DNA of 64,000 nucleotides from a virus. Taxonomy: Duplodnaviria > Caudoviricetes. Below, piece after piece: positions 1 through 9,467 of this stretch. The stretch spans positions 128,001-192,000 of IMG/VR virus record IMGVR_UViG_2974508059_000001; one strand, given 5' to 3'. A model generated the notes under the pieces. That model saw nothing but the letters and a program-made list of their open reading frames with translations, made no database searches and was not told the origin of the DNA. A program made the translations under genes and the position numbers. The first letter of the stretch is position 1; every line of letters starts with the position of its first letter.

Positions 1-1245
1 AAACCCGGAACAGGTGTGCAAGGTAATGCGGTTTTGTATTACGACCGTATTGACCTGACATCCATGTTTCCGTTTAACCCCGTGGTGTATTTAAAGTCCA
101 GCATCACCACCGTGAAAGCCGCACTTCCGTACCTCAACGATGCGCTGGGCATCACCTTATCCGAGTCGGACATCGTCGGGCCAGATACAGCCATCACGCC
201 CCCCAATGCTACAGTGCGTTCGCTGACACTGACCGTCACTGCGACGTCTCCGGCGTTTTTGGGTAAGCTTACGTTCAGCTACCAGATTAAGTCCTCGGGC
301 TTTTATCCGAACTCGGGACCGGGACCCAAGAACCTGTTGCAGGGTAACACCGCAATGGGGTATTTCGGGACGGTGGATGCAAAGGACTTGTTCACGCACG
401 CAGAACTGTCCGCGTTGGCCTTCTTAAAAGGAACGAAGCCGGTGTTGTTGGGCGACACCGAGGGTTGGTATAAGTTTTACTACAATGGCAAGATTATCTA
501 CTTGCCGATTACACCCCTCGGCAATACGGTGTCGTGGAACACGTTGTACAGTGAAGGACTGGTGTACGGCACAGACGACAACGGCAAGTACCCGGCAGCA
601 ACGCCTGTCAACCAGAGTCGGATAGTGACCCGTGATTCGGCGAGCGGCGGTCGGTCTTATTTCCGTATTCGCCTGCCGTCGGTAGGGGTTGACCCGATGC
701 CGGCCGGTACGCCGCCTGATAGCAATATCAGCGGCAGTGAGCTGCAGATGTTTAACTATCTGCGTAACGGCACATGGGCATCACTGACCGGTTCGTGGTG
801 GACGCAGTGGATGATTACCCAAAACACGGTTAGCACCGCGGTTGCGAATTCCAAAATTGTGACACTGTCGATCCAAAGCTGGACACAGGTACCGAAAACG
901 GACACCTCTACCGGTTGGTATTGGTTCCCGGTGTTGGAGTTGGTTGATAAGTCCAATACGCTACTGGGTCTGGAGAGTGTGTTTGGAAAAATGGATAGCA
1001 CGCTAACACCAATCGTGTTTGACATTCAGAACAGTCTGCAGGTGCAGCCGTTAGTTCCGGGCATTCCGAAGACCATCGATTTCCTCCCAATCACGTTTGA
1101 TGTCGACCAGTCCTTGGCAGTGAAACCGTTGAACCCGGGCGCACCAAAAACCATTGACTTCCGACCCATTCCGTTCAAGACCGAAATTTACTCGCCAAGC
1201 AAAATTGACCTTGGGTCAACCAGCGGCGAACTTGACGATTTCTAA
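1..1245 (+). CDS. Virion structural protein (type A of ABC cassette), 5'-truncated
   Basis: Frame is open from base 1. Paralogue of 3225..4643 (YDRI/L, GPGP..L..G...GYFG.V, W.KF.Y.GK, PVLE motifs). Confidence 0.7.
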   Translation, partial: KPGTGVQGNAVLYYDRIDLTSMFPFNPVVYLKSSITTVKAALPYLNDALGITLSESDIVGPDTAITPPNATVRSLTLTVTATSPAFLGKLTFSYQIKSSGFYPNSGPGPKNLLQGNTAMGYFGTVDAKDLFTHAELSALAFLKGTKPVLLGDTEGWYKFYYNGKIIYLPITPLGNTVSWNTLYSEGLVYGTDDNGKYPAATPVNQSRIVTRDSASGGRSYFRIRLPSVGVDPMPAGTPPDSNISGSELQMFNYLRNGTWASLTGSWWTQWMITQNTVSTAVANSKIVTLSIQSWTQVPKTDTSTGWYWFPVLELVDKSNTLLGLESVFGKMDSTLTPIVFDIQNSLQVQPLVPGIPKTIDFLPITFDVDQSLAVKPLNPGAPKTIDFRPIPFKTEIYSPSKIDLGSTSGELDDF

Positions 1246-1260
1246 TAGAGGCGTAACCGC

Positions 1261-2262
1261 ATGTCATTTACATTGCGCTGGAGCAATCCCAACACCATCG
1301 CGACGGTGGTTAACATCTATCGCGACACCAAGGACATCTCAGTAGCCGCCCTTCCTGCGCCACTGGCCACACTGAGTAATAATGAAACGTCGTACCGTGA
1401 TAACACGGTCGTTGCAGGACAGACGTATTACTATTTGATGACGGTAACGGCCAACGGTAAAACCGTGGCGACGGCCAGTCAGAAGTACACCGTGGCAGTA
1501 CGTCGGGGCATCGGTCCCAACACGCTTATCACCGGTGATGACCGCTTAGGCTACTACGGGGTGGTGCCACCAGAAGAGCAGTGGTATGGCAATCAATTAC
1601 CCGCAGGGTTTTTGGCCGCGTTTCCCACAGCCTTTGCAGCAACCGATCGTATCCCACTGTTGAAGTTTACCCGCAATGGTAAAATCTTCTACACGCTGGC
1701 CAGCTACTACGCCGGGTGGGCAACGTGGGCAACGCTGTATCAAAACGGCTTGGTGTACGGCACAGGGGATAACGGGCCGGCCAACGGTTACGGTACCCTT
1801 CCGCCAACGTTGCAAGATGCGAAAATCATCTCACAGAACGACACCTACCGGATGCGTCTACCGCGTGGTCTCTCCTCGGCGTCTGCCTCGCCTGTCTTCG
1901 CTTTTAACGACGCGTACAAAGACAAAACGCACGATGAGACTGACCTCATCACGTTCAACGAGTTCAATGACTTGTTGTACCCGCTGGTGATTGATGTGCC
2001 GAACAAGCAGCGCGTGCCGAACGTAATGCAAGCGCAGAGCGGGACACTCGGCTCCCCGGGCAATGCCGCGGGACAAGCGTTTCTCGGCGGGGGGACTATT
2101 TGCATGGAGCACGACAGCGCACAAGACCGTGTGTTGCACCGTGGGCTTTATACCAATGCTGCTGCCACTGTCGTTTCGAATCTGCAAGCAATGCAGCGCA
2201 TCACTTACGTGTCCCCGACACAACAGGGTCGTTATATCCCCCTCTTTGAATTGGTAGAATAA
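1261..2262 (+). CDS. Virion structural protein (type B), FN3/Ig-like N-terminus
   Basis: GAGG RBS. LRW..NIYR..YYY N-terminus plus G.GP..L..G..LGYYG domain. Paralogue of 4663..5652. Confidence 0.7.
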   Translation: MSFTLRWSNPNTIATVVNIYRDTKDISVAALPAPLATLSNNETSYRDNTVVAGQTYYYLMTVTANGKTVATASQKYTVAVRRGIGPNTLITGDDRLGYYGVVPPEEQWYGNQLPAGFLAAFPTAFAATDRIPLLKFTRNGKIFYTLASYYAGWATWATLYQNGLVYGTGDNGPANGYGTLPPTLQDAKIISQNDTYRMRLPRGLSSASASPVFAFNDAYKDKTHDETDLITFNEFNDLLYPLVIDVPNKQRVPNVMQAQSGTLGSPGNAAGQAFLGGGTICMEHDSAQDRVLHRGLYTNAAATVVSNLQAMQRITYVSPTQQGRYIPLFELVE

Positions 2263-2271
2263 GGAGCAGTC

Positions 2272-3213
2272 ATGACCATTCGTTTAAGCTGGCCTTCACA
2301 GGCAAGCAAGGCATTGACGTCCATTGAAATCTACCGCAAGGTGGGGCACAGTGCGACGCTTGACATCAACAACCCAGGCACCCCGACCGCAACGGTTGCA
2401 GGAGACGCGACTCAGTACGTGGAAGACGTGGCGAACCTCACCGAAAAGACCGTTTACACGTATTGGATTGCGGCGGTAAAAGGCACCGAGCGGTTGTTCA
2501 GTGCACCGATTGTTCAAGGTTTCTTCTTGGATACCGGCCCCGGTCCGCAGAAGCTGTTAATGGGCGACTGGTACGCAGGCTACTTTGGGGTTGTCTCAAA
2601 CCAAGAGCTCGCCGCCCGTGAGGACATCATCGGGACTGGGGGCGGATTAACGGCTGCGCAAGCGGCACAGTACAAGTACGCCCAGAACTGGTGGTACAAG
2701 TTCGTCTATAAAGGACGGATTGTGTATTACCCAAATGTTCGAACCGGGTATGCTGCGTACGCAGACACGTATAACGCAGGCATGGCGTACGGCGTTGACG
2801 GTGTGGGACCTATCATTCCTACGGGTGCGAATCCCACTGCTGGGGTTCCACAAACCGCGATGTTCACCAAAAACGGATATAAGTATCGCGTCCGGTTGCC
2901 GTATGGTTTGGATTACAGTGTTAGTGTTGCTTCAACGGACTATGACAACGGCGAGTTTCGTAATACCTTTGCGCGTTTGTTTGCGACCAACACCAGCTAC
3001 ACGGACCCGAAAGACCAAGGGAAGTTTGCCTCACTCGCGCTCCTGTCGAGCGGTACGACAACTACGGAGAATGGGACGACGGCAATGGTGCCCTTGTACA
3101 CCCCGGCAAACGCCTTGTACTGCTACGGCTATAACCCAACGGCCATCACCTACGCGGGCATAAGCGGTCAGACATTCAGCATGTTCTTTGTCCTTGAGTT
3201 GGTCTTACCATAA
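2272..3213 (+). CDS. Virion structural protein (type C)
   Basis: AAGGAG RBS. WPSQ..K.L..IEIYR and DTGPGP..L..G.W.AGYFG motifs. Ends VLELVLP like 5652..6551. Confidence 0.7.
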   Translation: MTIRLSWPSQASKALTSIEIYRKVGHSATLDINNPGTPTATVAGDATQYVEDVANLTEKTVYTYWIAAVKGTERLFSAPIVQGFFLDTGPGPQKLLMGDWYAGYFGVVSNQELAAREDIIGTGGGLTAAQAAQYKYAQNWWYKFVYKGRIVYYPNVRTGYAAYADTYNAGMAYGVDGVGPIIPTGANPTAGVPQTAMFTKNGYKYRVRLPYGLDYSVSVASTDYDNGEFRNTFARLFATNTSYTDPKDQGKFASLALLSSGTTTTENGTTAMVPLYTPANALYCYGYNPTAITYAGISGQTFSMFFVLELVLP

Positions 3214-3224
3214 CGGAGTGAATC

Positions 3225-4643
3225 ATGGGGTTTTATAATGGAACCGCGATGGAGTTACTCTGCCAACAGGTCATCCGTGACAATCCCAGTATGGCGGGGA
3301 GGCTTACTCCTGACGCTGTCACCGTCAATGGGACAGCGGTTGCCCGTAACAACAACGGGCGCAATACGCAGATCACGTTTGTTGGTATCCCGGGGAAAGG
3401 ATTCTTCGGCGAGTTAACCTTGTCTTACGACCGGATTAACTTACTTAACTTCACCGGGAACCTTTATTTCCCGGTGCAGATGTCCGATGGGGTCACCACC
3501 TACACAGAAGCGTTGCCGGACATTAATGACCAGCTCGGACTGAATCTCACCCGGGCGGATTTGGCCGCCCCGGATACGGTCTTGACGGGTGGGACGGTAG
3601 GCTTCACCAGTATCGATATCGCAATCGCTGCCAGTTCTGCGTTGTACAACGGCACGCTGCGGGTCAACTGGCGACGGACACCGGTGGGCAATTACACGGG
3701 CACCGGGCCGGGTCCTACTATGCTACTGGCAGGCGATGAGCAGTCTGGCTACTTTGGTGTTGTTCCTGCAGCAGAGATGTTTACTGCGCAAGAGCTGGTC
3801 AATGCCATTTTAGAAGGCACTGGACTGAGTGCGAACGTGGGCACGGCCTCGTACGACTGGATGAAGTTCTTCTACAAGGGCAAGGTGTTGTTCATTCCAA
3901 AACGCCCGTTGGTCGGTACTTCGTGGGATAACTACTATAAAGCCGGGTCAGCCTACGGTAGCGACGATCCGAATGGGCCGCTGTATCCGGGCAGTGACGG
4001 TGTGGCAGTCCAGCAAAACAAAATCATTGCAAAGCGCAGTGGGGATAAGTCGTACTACTTCCATCACCGACTGCCGCGTGGTGCAGAAAACATCATCGGT
4101 TCGTCAAGCCTGACCGGGGAAGACTACGGTTTGGTGAGAAAGATACTCGGGGGTGAATGGGGTAACGAGCCGGGCACGACCATTGGTCAGGCGGGCGTCT
4201 ACTACATGTCACAGCACATTGGTAATGCGTCACAGCCACAGCTCTTCTCTATCTACACCATGAAGGGTGAGTATTTCAACTCACAAATCTCCAAAACCCA
4301 GACTTACGGATACGTCCCGGTGTTGGAGTACGTGAACCCAGACGACACCGTGTTACCGGTGAGTGATTTCTCAGGCAAGTACAACATCACGGTGACGCCG
4401 CCGGTTGTGACGTACACCCCGCAGGTGAACGAGCTCAGTCCAATCGTACCGCTCGCAACCCGCACAACCCTGCTGACCCCGCCTGCGACCTCAGTAAGCG
4501 CGGATGACGGGTTAATGCCACTCACACCGCTCGCTGCAGCGACGCCGAAGTTGACCCCCGCGACTGTGACCGCCAGTACCCGGGTGCCGAATGCGAAAAC
4601 CTCGCTTAACACTACCAACGGTGTCCTTGGTGACTTTAAATAA
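3225..4643 (+). CDS. Virion structural protein (type A')
   Basis: GGAG RBS. Paralogue of 1..1245, with Pro/Thr-rich C-terminal repeats. Confidence 0.7.
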   Translation: MGFYNGTAMELLCQQVIRDNPSMAGRLTPDAVTVNGTAVARNNNGRNTQITFVGIPGKGFFGELTLSYDRINLLNFTGNLYFPVQMSDGVTTYTEALPDINDQLGLNLTRADLAAPDTVLTGGTVGFTSIDIAIAASSALYNGTLRVNWRRTPVGNYTGTGPGPTMLLAGDEQSGYFGVVPAAEMFTAQELVNAILEGTGLSANVGTASYDWMKFFYKGKVLFIPKRPLVGTSWDNYYKAGSAYGSDDPNGPLYPGSDGVAVQQNKIIAKRSGDKSYYFHHRLPRGAENIIGSSSLTGEDYGLVRKILGGEWGNEPGTTIGQAGVYYMSQHIGNASQPQLFSIYTMKGEYFNSQISKTQTYGYVPVLEYVNPDDTVLPVSDFSGKYNITVTPPVVTYTPQVNELSPIVPLATRTTLLTPPATSVSADDGLMPLTPLAAATPKLTPATVTASTRVPNAKTSLNTTNGVLGDFK

Positions 4644-4662
4644 TGAATAGGAGAGTCGCGCG

Positions 4663-5652
4663 ATGAACTTTACTTTGCGCTGGCGCAATGACAACACCAA
4701 ACCGGTTGTCGTGCGTATTTACCGCAGCACCACGGTCATCGACCCCACCAAGCTACCGGCCGCAATCGCGACCCTCAGTAACGGGGAGACCGAGTGGGTA
4801 GACAACACTGCACTTTACGGTGTTACCTACTACTACTTCACCACTGTCACTAACCCCGCAACCGGCAAAACGGTGAACGGGGTTAACACGACGTACACGA
4901 TTGAGCAACGGCGTGGCGTGGGACCAAACACCCTGCTGTTCGGCAGTGAAACACTGGGCTTCTACGGGGATGTGATTTATGAAGATCAGTTCCCACTGAG
5001 TGCGTTCCAGCAAAAGGTGCAGGATGCCCTCGCCCTTAACAGCAGCACGTTCTCACCATCCTACCGGTTACCGGTGAGTAAGTATATCCGTAACGGTAAG
5101 ATTCTCTACATCCCGGTCTCGCCGCTCACGACACGTTTAACGTGGGCGCAGCTGTATGCCGCCGGCATGGTGTACGGCCGTGATGACAATGGTCCGGCAA
5201 ATGGGCGTGGGGATTTACCTGCAGCTATTCAGGATGCGGGCTGTACGTGGAAAGGGGACAAATACCGGATTCGTTTGATGCGCGGCTTAACGGATGCGCC
5301 AACAGAACCAGCACTGGCGTTCGATGCGAAATACGACGGTGTGTCCCACGACACATCCGATCTTACCGGCTTCAATGAATTCAACGACCTGTTTTACAGT
5401 GTGCAGAACTTGTTCCCGCTGAAACGCCGGTTGGAGGGTGTGCGTTACGCCAGTCCGCTCACAACAACCAACAGCGCGTATGCTGATGGGTATCTGACGA
5501 TGGAGCACGATACCGCATCTAATAAAGCGTTGTCACGTGGCCAAGTCACCTCGCCAATGACGGCAGATTTACTGACCACGATTCGTTATCGTTTACACAC
5601 CTCAACCGTAACTGCTTGGGTGCCGGTTATTGAATTAGTGGAGGACTACTAA
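4663..5652 (+). CDS. Virion structural protein (type B')
   Basis: AGGAG RBS. Paralogue of 1261..2262 (FNEFNDL, MEHD motifs). Confidence 0.7.
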   Translation: MNFTLRWRNDNTKPVVVRIYRSTTVIDPTKLPAAIATLSNGETEWVDNTALYGVTYYYFTTVTNPATGKTVNGVNTTYTIEQRRGVGPNTLLFGSETLGFYGDVIYEDQFPLSAFQQKVQDALALNSSTFSPSYRLPVSKYIRNGKILYIPVSPLTTRLTWAQLYAAGMVYGRDDNGPANGRGDLPAAIQDAGCTWKGDKYRIRLMRGLTDAPTEPALAFDAKYDGVSHDTSDLTGFNEFNDLFYSVQNLFPLKRRLEGVRYASPLTTTNSAYADGYLTMEHDTASNKALSRGQVTSPMTADLLTTIRYRLHTSTVTAWVPVIELVEDY

Positions 5653-6551
5653 TGGGTATTAAATTGCAGTGGCCCTCCCAGAGCGCCAAAGGATTAAGTG
5701 CGATTGAGATTTATCGCACAACCGGTGTGACCCCGTCGCTTAACCGCAACAACTTGCCTGCCCCCTTGGCAACCCTTGCAGCGACAGCAACCGCGTACGA
5801 AGACACCACGGTGGTAGAAAAGACTGTCTACAACTATTGGGTCTGCAACGTGAAGAACGGTGAGCGTATCTTTACGGCCCCAATTCAACGGGGTTATTAT
5901 CTGGATACGGGTCCGGGGCCGACGGAGTTGAAGTACGGGAACTGGGATGCGGGTTACTTTGGCACCGTTGCCGTCAGTGACCTGTTTACCTTTCAGGAAA
6001 TGAACTCCCAACTGGGGATTTCTCTGTTCCAATACACGCCGGATTTCTATCACAAGTTTATCTTTAAAGGGCGCATTCTGTTCTACCCAAACATTCGGGT
6101 GATGGTTCAGACGTGGAGCAATGTCTACTTAGCGGGCTTAGCATGGGGCAGCAATGCGGTCGCCTACATTAAACCCAACGGTCCGGCAGACACCCCACAA
6201 GGTCGCACCGTCAGCAAGAATGGTCGAGCGTATAACGTCCGCTTGCCGTTCAGTGCGGAATACAGTGTGACCGGTGGCCCTACCCTCAGCCAAGATGCAA
6301 TTGCCAATTTGGGAGAGTGGCGAAACACGATGGAGCGGTTATTCCTCGTTCCTGGGACGATGTCGCGCTGGGGCAGTGCGCCGCCAGATTCCCCGAGTAA
6401 CACCTCGAGTCTCCAAACGACGATGTTTGCACAAGCCTACGGCACGGCTAATATCTGGGTGGAACTTGGGGGTGCGCCGCAGGCCATTACCACAAACACC
6501 CAAAACCAAGCGATGTCCACTATGCTGGTATTGGAATTGGTCTTACCGTAA
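5652..6551 (+). CDS. Virion structural protein (type C')
   Basis: TAATG overlap with the upstream gene. Paralogue of 2272..3213. Confidence 0.7.
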   Translation: MGIKLQWPSQSAKGLSAIEIYRTTGVTPSLNRNNLPAPLATLAATATAYEDTTVVEKTVYNYWVCNVKNGERIFTAPIQRGYYLDTGPGPTELKYGNWDAGYFGTVAVSDLFTFQEMNSQLGISLFQYTPDFYHKFIFKGRILFYPNIRVMVQTWSNVYLAGLAWGSNAVAYIKPNGPADTPQGRTVSKNGRAYNVRLPFSAEYSVTGGPTLSQDAIANLGEWRNTMERLFLVPGTMSRWGSAPPDSPSNTSSLQTTMFAQAYGTANIWVELGGAPQAITTNTQNQAMSTMLVLELVLP

Positions 6552-6566
6552 CACAAATAAAAAGAA

Positions 6567-6590
6567 CTACTCTCCCCAAAGGGAGAGTAG
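6567..6590. terminator. Bidirectional intrinsic terminator
   Basis: CTACTCTCCC-caaa-GGGAGAGTAG with A-rich left flank and T-rich right flank, between convergent genes. Confidence 0.8.
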
Positions 6591-6593
6591 CCT

Positions 6594-6695
6594 TTATTTC
6601 TTTTTTCCACCACCGAGCAGACCGCCGACTGCGCCGACGACCGTCCCAACAGCAGAACCAACCCCACCCACGATGGCTGTGATGGGATCAGTCAC
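6594..6695 (-). CDS. Putative 33-aa glycine-zipper membrane peptide
   Basis: GTG start 4 nt after the upstream stop. Sequence MTDPITAIVGGVGSAVGTVVGAVGGLLGGGKKK ends at the terminator. No clear RBS. Confidence 0.35.
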   Translation of the reverse strand: MTDPITAIVGGVGSAVGTVVGAVGGLLGGGKKK

Positions 6696-6699
6696 GGGC

Positions 6700-7209
6700 T
6701 TAGTTGAACCCGTTGAGTTCTCCGTTGGTGCCGGAGAGGTCGGTTTTGGCTTTGCTAATCGTCCACACCACAGCTTCACCGGGGAGAAATTTGGCGTGAC
6801 CGGCGTTGATAGCCACGGTCACGTCCGTTTTGGTTGCGTCTTCTGCGTTAGCATTAGAGGTGATGGTGATGTCAGACAGTGCCAGTGCATCGTCCGCGTG
6901 GTCTTGCTGGAGCATGGTGTTGAAATGCGCGAGCACTTCTTCATCCGTATCCCAGTTGGTCATTGAATCCTCAACCGGCATGTCGCCTTTGGCGTACGCC
7001 AGACGGTTGTAGGTCAGTTCTTTTGACCCAGCGAAGTTGGTGCTTGAACCTTTGGCTGTGATAGTCAGCTTGGTGTTCTTCGCATCTTCTTCAGCGGCTG
7101 CAACAACGGCAGCAAAGTCAACATCAGCCACGGTCAGTGGCGTCGGGAGGCTCGGGTTCGCTGCGTTAAACAGCTCAACCAACTGCTCCTGTGGGGTTTT
7201 AGTAGCCAT
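6700..7209 (-). CDS. Virion protein related to N- and C-termini of type A proteins
   Basis: Start MATKTPQEQ with AAGGGAAG RBS. NP..L....V...NT...G...L.Y.R N-domain; C-terminus KTDLSGTNGELNGFN. Confidence 0.65.
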   Translation of the reverse strand: MATKTPQEQLVELFNAANPSLPTPLTVADVDFAAVVAAAEEDAKNTKLTITAKGSSTNFAGSKELTYNRLAYAKGDMPVEDSMTNWDTDEEVLAHFNTMLQQDHADDALALSDITITSNANAEDATKTDVTVAINAGHAKFLPGEAVVWTISKAKTDLSGTNGELNGFN

Positions 7210-7345
7210 CTCTCTTCCCTTTATAAAGTTGACAACGGTTGTCATAAAAAAGCCCAGTGGGTCAAAATAACGCAAGGCCCACTATAGTATGACCCGTATT
7301 TCCCGGGCAAAAAATAATCGAAAAGCTCACACAGAGGACAGTCTC

Positions 7346-7882
7346 ATGTTACGTTTTATTGCTGCATTTTTCGTTGCAATGTTGTTAGGGGGTTGCGCAC
7401 TTACCACAACCAATGGCCAGTTCTCGACGGCACCTGTCGCCCCAACGGACTTTGTAACGTACACCTGCACCGGTGCACAGGAGACCTTTGTCAACTGGCG
7501 ACCTGATGTGGCACAAGTTAAACTTTACCCGGTTGCCGTGACTGTTATCGACAACGGCAGCAATTGGGTAGCCACCTTCCCCGGTGGGAAAGTGGAATCG
7601 CCTCAGCTCTATAAAGATTTGCTCGGCAAAGTGGACGGCAGTGTTGACCTGTTACAAGGTACACGCTACTACCGCTTGAACACGACCCCGCCCACCTACT
7701 CGTACTCCACGGTTGACATGAGTGGGAACGGTTCGGGAGCCACCTTCTTTCGCTGTCAGGTAGGTACCGGTGACGCTGCTACTGCTGCTGCAACCCCTGC
7801 TTCTTCTCTTACTCCATCTGATGCTGCGCAAGCACCCGCATCTGCCCCTGCGGCTGTCGTAGCCCCGGTGGCGAACAAATAA
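7346..7882 (+). CDS. Lipoprotein
   Basis: GAGG RBS. Signal peptide with lipobox MLRFIAAFFVAMLLGG-C; Ala/Pro-rich tail. Confidence 0.75.
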   Translation: MLRFIAAFFVAMLLGGCALTTTNGQFSTAPVAPTDFVTYTCTGAQETFVNWRPDVAQVKLYPVAVTVIDNGSNWVATFPGGKVESPQLYKDLLGKVDGSVDLLQGTRYYRLNTTPPTYSYSTVDMSGNGSGATFFRCQVGTGDAATAAATPASSLTPSDAAQAPASAPAAVVAPVANK

Positions 7883-7887
7883 AAGCA

Positions 7888-7913
7888 GTACCCCACTCCA
7901 ATGAGTGGGGTAC
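7888..7913. terminator. Bidirectional intrinsic terminator
   Basis: GTACCCCACTC-caat-GAGTGGGGTAC followed by a T run. Confidence 0.8.
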
Positions 7914-7981
7914 CTTTCTTTTTTTATTTGCACACAGAACGCCCTGTAAGCCATTCTAAGCGCTTTACCGTAATAACCGTA

Positions 7982-8668
7982 CTACGCGACCGATTCCAAG
8001 TTAGCGTTCTCGAGAGCGATGCCTGGGTCGGTTAAGAAGGCACGTTTGATGTTGCGGTACTTCACGTTGGTGGCTTCACCGGATTCTAACGCGTGGCGTT
8101 CCCCGATTGGGACTGCCGGTTCAATGTACGGACGAAAGAACAGGTAGTTACGGGCGTACTCCACGGTAGACTCTTTGAACTCGGTGTAGTGGCAATCGGA
8201 GTTGTCATCGTTGTACGCTGACTGGCCGAAGAGGTGCACGGCATCGTAGAACGACGCTGCAATCGCCTCGCCCACACCGGTGGCTTGCATGGTGCGCAAG
8301 AACATCAAGTCCGCAAAGTCTTTATCCACGGCCCCACTTAACCGTCCTGCTGGGGTGTCCGGGTAGGTGGCTACCGACGGGCACTTCTGGTACAGGAGGT
8401 CGTGCAGACATGCCGCCACCGCCCACGGGCCATTGGGTTTCAACACCGACTGAAGCATATCCGGGATACTCGCCATATCGGTGACAAACCCACGGGGTAC
8501 TGTGATGTAGAACAGGTCATCAGGCAGCACACCCGTGAGCGACACCATACGGTCTAGCCCCGGGGCATTACGGTAGATTGTGCGTAGCGTAAACGGGTAG
8601 TGGAAATCCTGCGTCAGGATAAACCATTTCCCCTCCAACACTTTATAAGTGAAATCCATCGGGCTCAT
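7982..8668 (-). CDS. DUF1353 family protein
   Basis: VPRGFVTDMASIP ... AACLHDLLY ... ADLMFL motifs. Confidence 0.85.
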   Translation of the reverse strand: MSPMDFTYKVLEGKWFILTQDFHYPFTLRTIYRNAPGLDRMVSLTGVLPDDLFYITVPRGFVTDMASIPDMLQSVLKPNGPWAVAACLHDLLYQKCPSVATYPDTPAGRLSGAVDKDFADLMFLRTMQATGVGEAIAASFYDAVHLFGQSAYNDDNSDCHYTEFKESTVEYARNYLFFRPYIEPAVPIGERHALESGEATNVKYRNIKRAFLTDPGIALENANLESVA

Positions 8669-8778
8669 TCTTCCACCTTGCCGAACAGGCGACTAATGAA
8701 CAACACCAAAGCGACTGCGCCCAATCCTTGTTGAACTACCGCAGGTTTTTCTTGTACAGCTGCTTCGGTCTTTCGCAT
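8665..8778 (-). CDS. 37-aa single-hydrophobic-segment peptide (not in ORF track)
   Basis: MRKTEAAVQEKPAVVQQGLGAVALVLFISRLFGKVEE. GGGGG RBS after the endolysin stop; ATGA overlap with the DUF1353 start. Confidence 0.6.
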   Translation of the reverse strand: MRKTEAAVQEKPAVVQQGLGAVALVLFISRLFGKVEE

Positions 8779-8786
8779 GTTTCCCC

Positions 8787-9371
8787 CTAGCCAAATAAGG
8801 CCTTCGCGTAAGTACGCATTTCACCCCAGATGCGACCCAACCAACCGTAGGTGAAGGTCTCGTTCGCTTTACGCTTCTCAGAGATATCCACGTAGTGGTA
8901 GGTCTGCATCCCGGTCAAACCAACCAGCAGGTAATTCATGCCCTCTGCACCGCGTTTTGCGAAGAACGCTTTCAGTGCAGTCAGGGTCTTCGTTCCCATG
9001 CCTTTGTCAACCACGAGATCAGCGTAATGGGTCTCTTGGTTGTTCAGCACGTTCAGAAGACGTTGCAGAGATTCCACAGCGTTTGCACGACCGGCATTGA
9101 TAGCATAGTCGAACAGACGGTCAGCCAGAAGCGGATTGAGGGCGAGGATATCATCCAGATAAAGCTTGTTCCACCAAAGTTTAACATAGATGTCTAACGC
9201 CGTTGACTGTGGCATCGAGACCATGGGGCCGGTGTAGCCATAATCCAGTGCCGTTGCTTTTGTGATGCCCCAGATGGTTTCACCACCGAGGTCGTTCTTG
9301 TTGTTGACATATCCCGCCTCGATATTCACTTTGGCGCGGATGATGCCTTCTCGACTGAAACGGTCTGCCAT
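8787..9371 (-). CDS. Endolysin, glycoside hydrolase family 108 with C-terminal peptidoglycan-binding domain
   Basis: EAGYVNNKNDLGGETIWGIT catalytic motif, LFDYAINAG, and ETFTYGWL. Confidence 0.9.
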   Translation of the reverse strand: MADRFSREGIIRAKVNIEAGYVNNKNDLGGETIWGITKATALDYGYTGPMVSMPQSTALDIYVKLWWNKLYLDDILALNPLLADRLFDYAINAGRANAVESLQRLLNVLNNQETHYADLVVDKGMGTKTLTALKAFFAKRGAEGMNYLLVGLTGMQTYHYVDISEKRKANETFTYGWLGRIWGEMRTYAKALFG

Positions 9372-9445
9372 TACTCTTTCCTCTTTCTCTTTGTGATTCG
9401 CACTGCGCGAAAGGTCATAACAAACCGCAAATAAAAAGAAGAAAG

Positions 9446-9463
9446 GGTGCCCCGAAGGGCACC
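9446..9463 (-). terminator. Intrinsic terminator closing the radical SAM operon
   Basis: GGTGCCC-ttcg-GGGCACC on the minus strand, followed by CTTTCTTCTTTTTATTT. Confidence 0.85.
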
Positions 9464-9467
9464 ACTG

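Noticed and set aside
6274-6966. 230-aa plus-strand ORF
   Set aside because: It crosses a terminator and overlaps better-supported genes.
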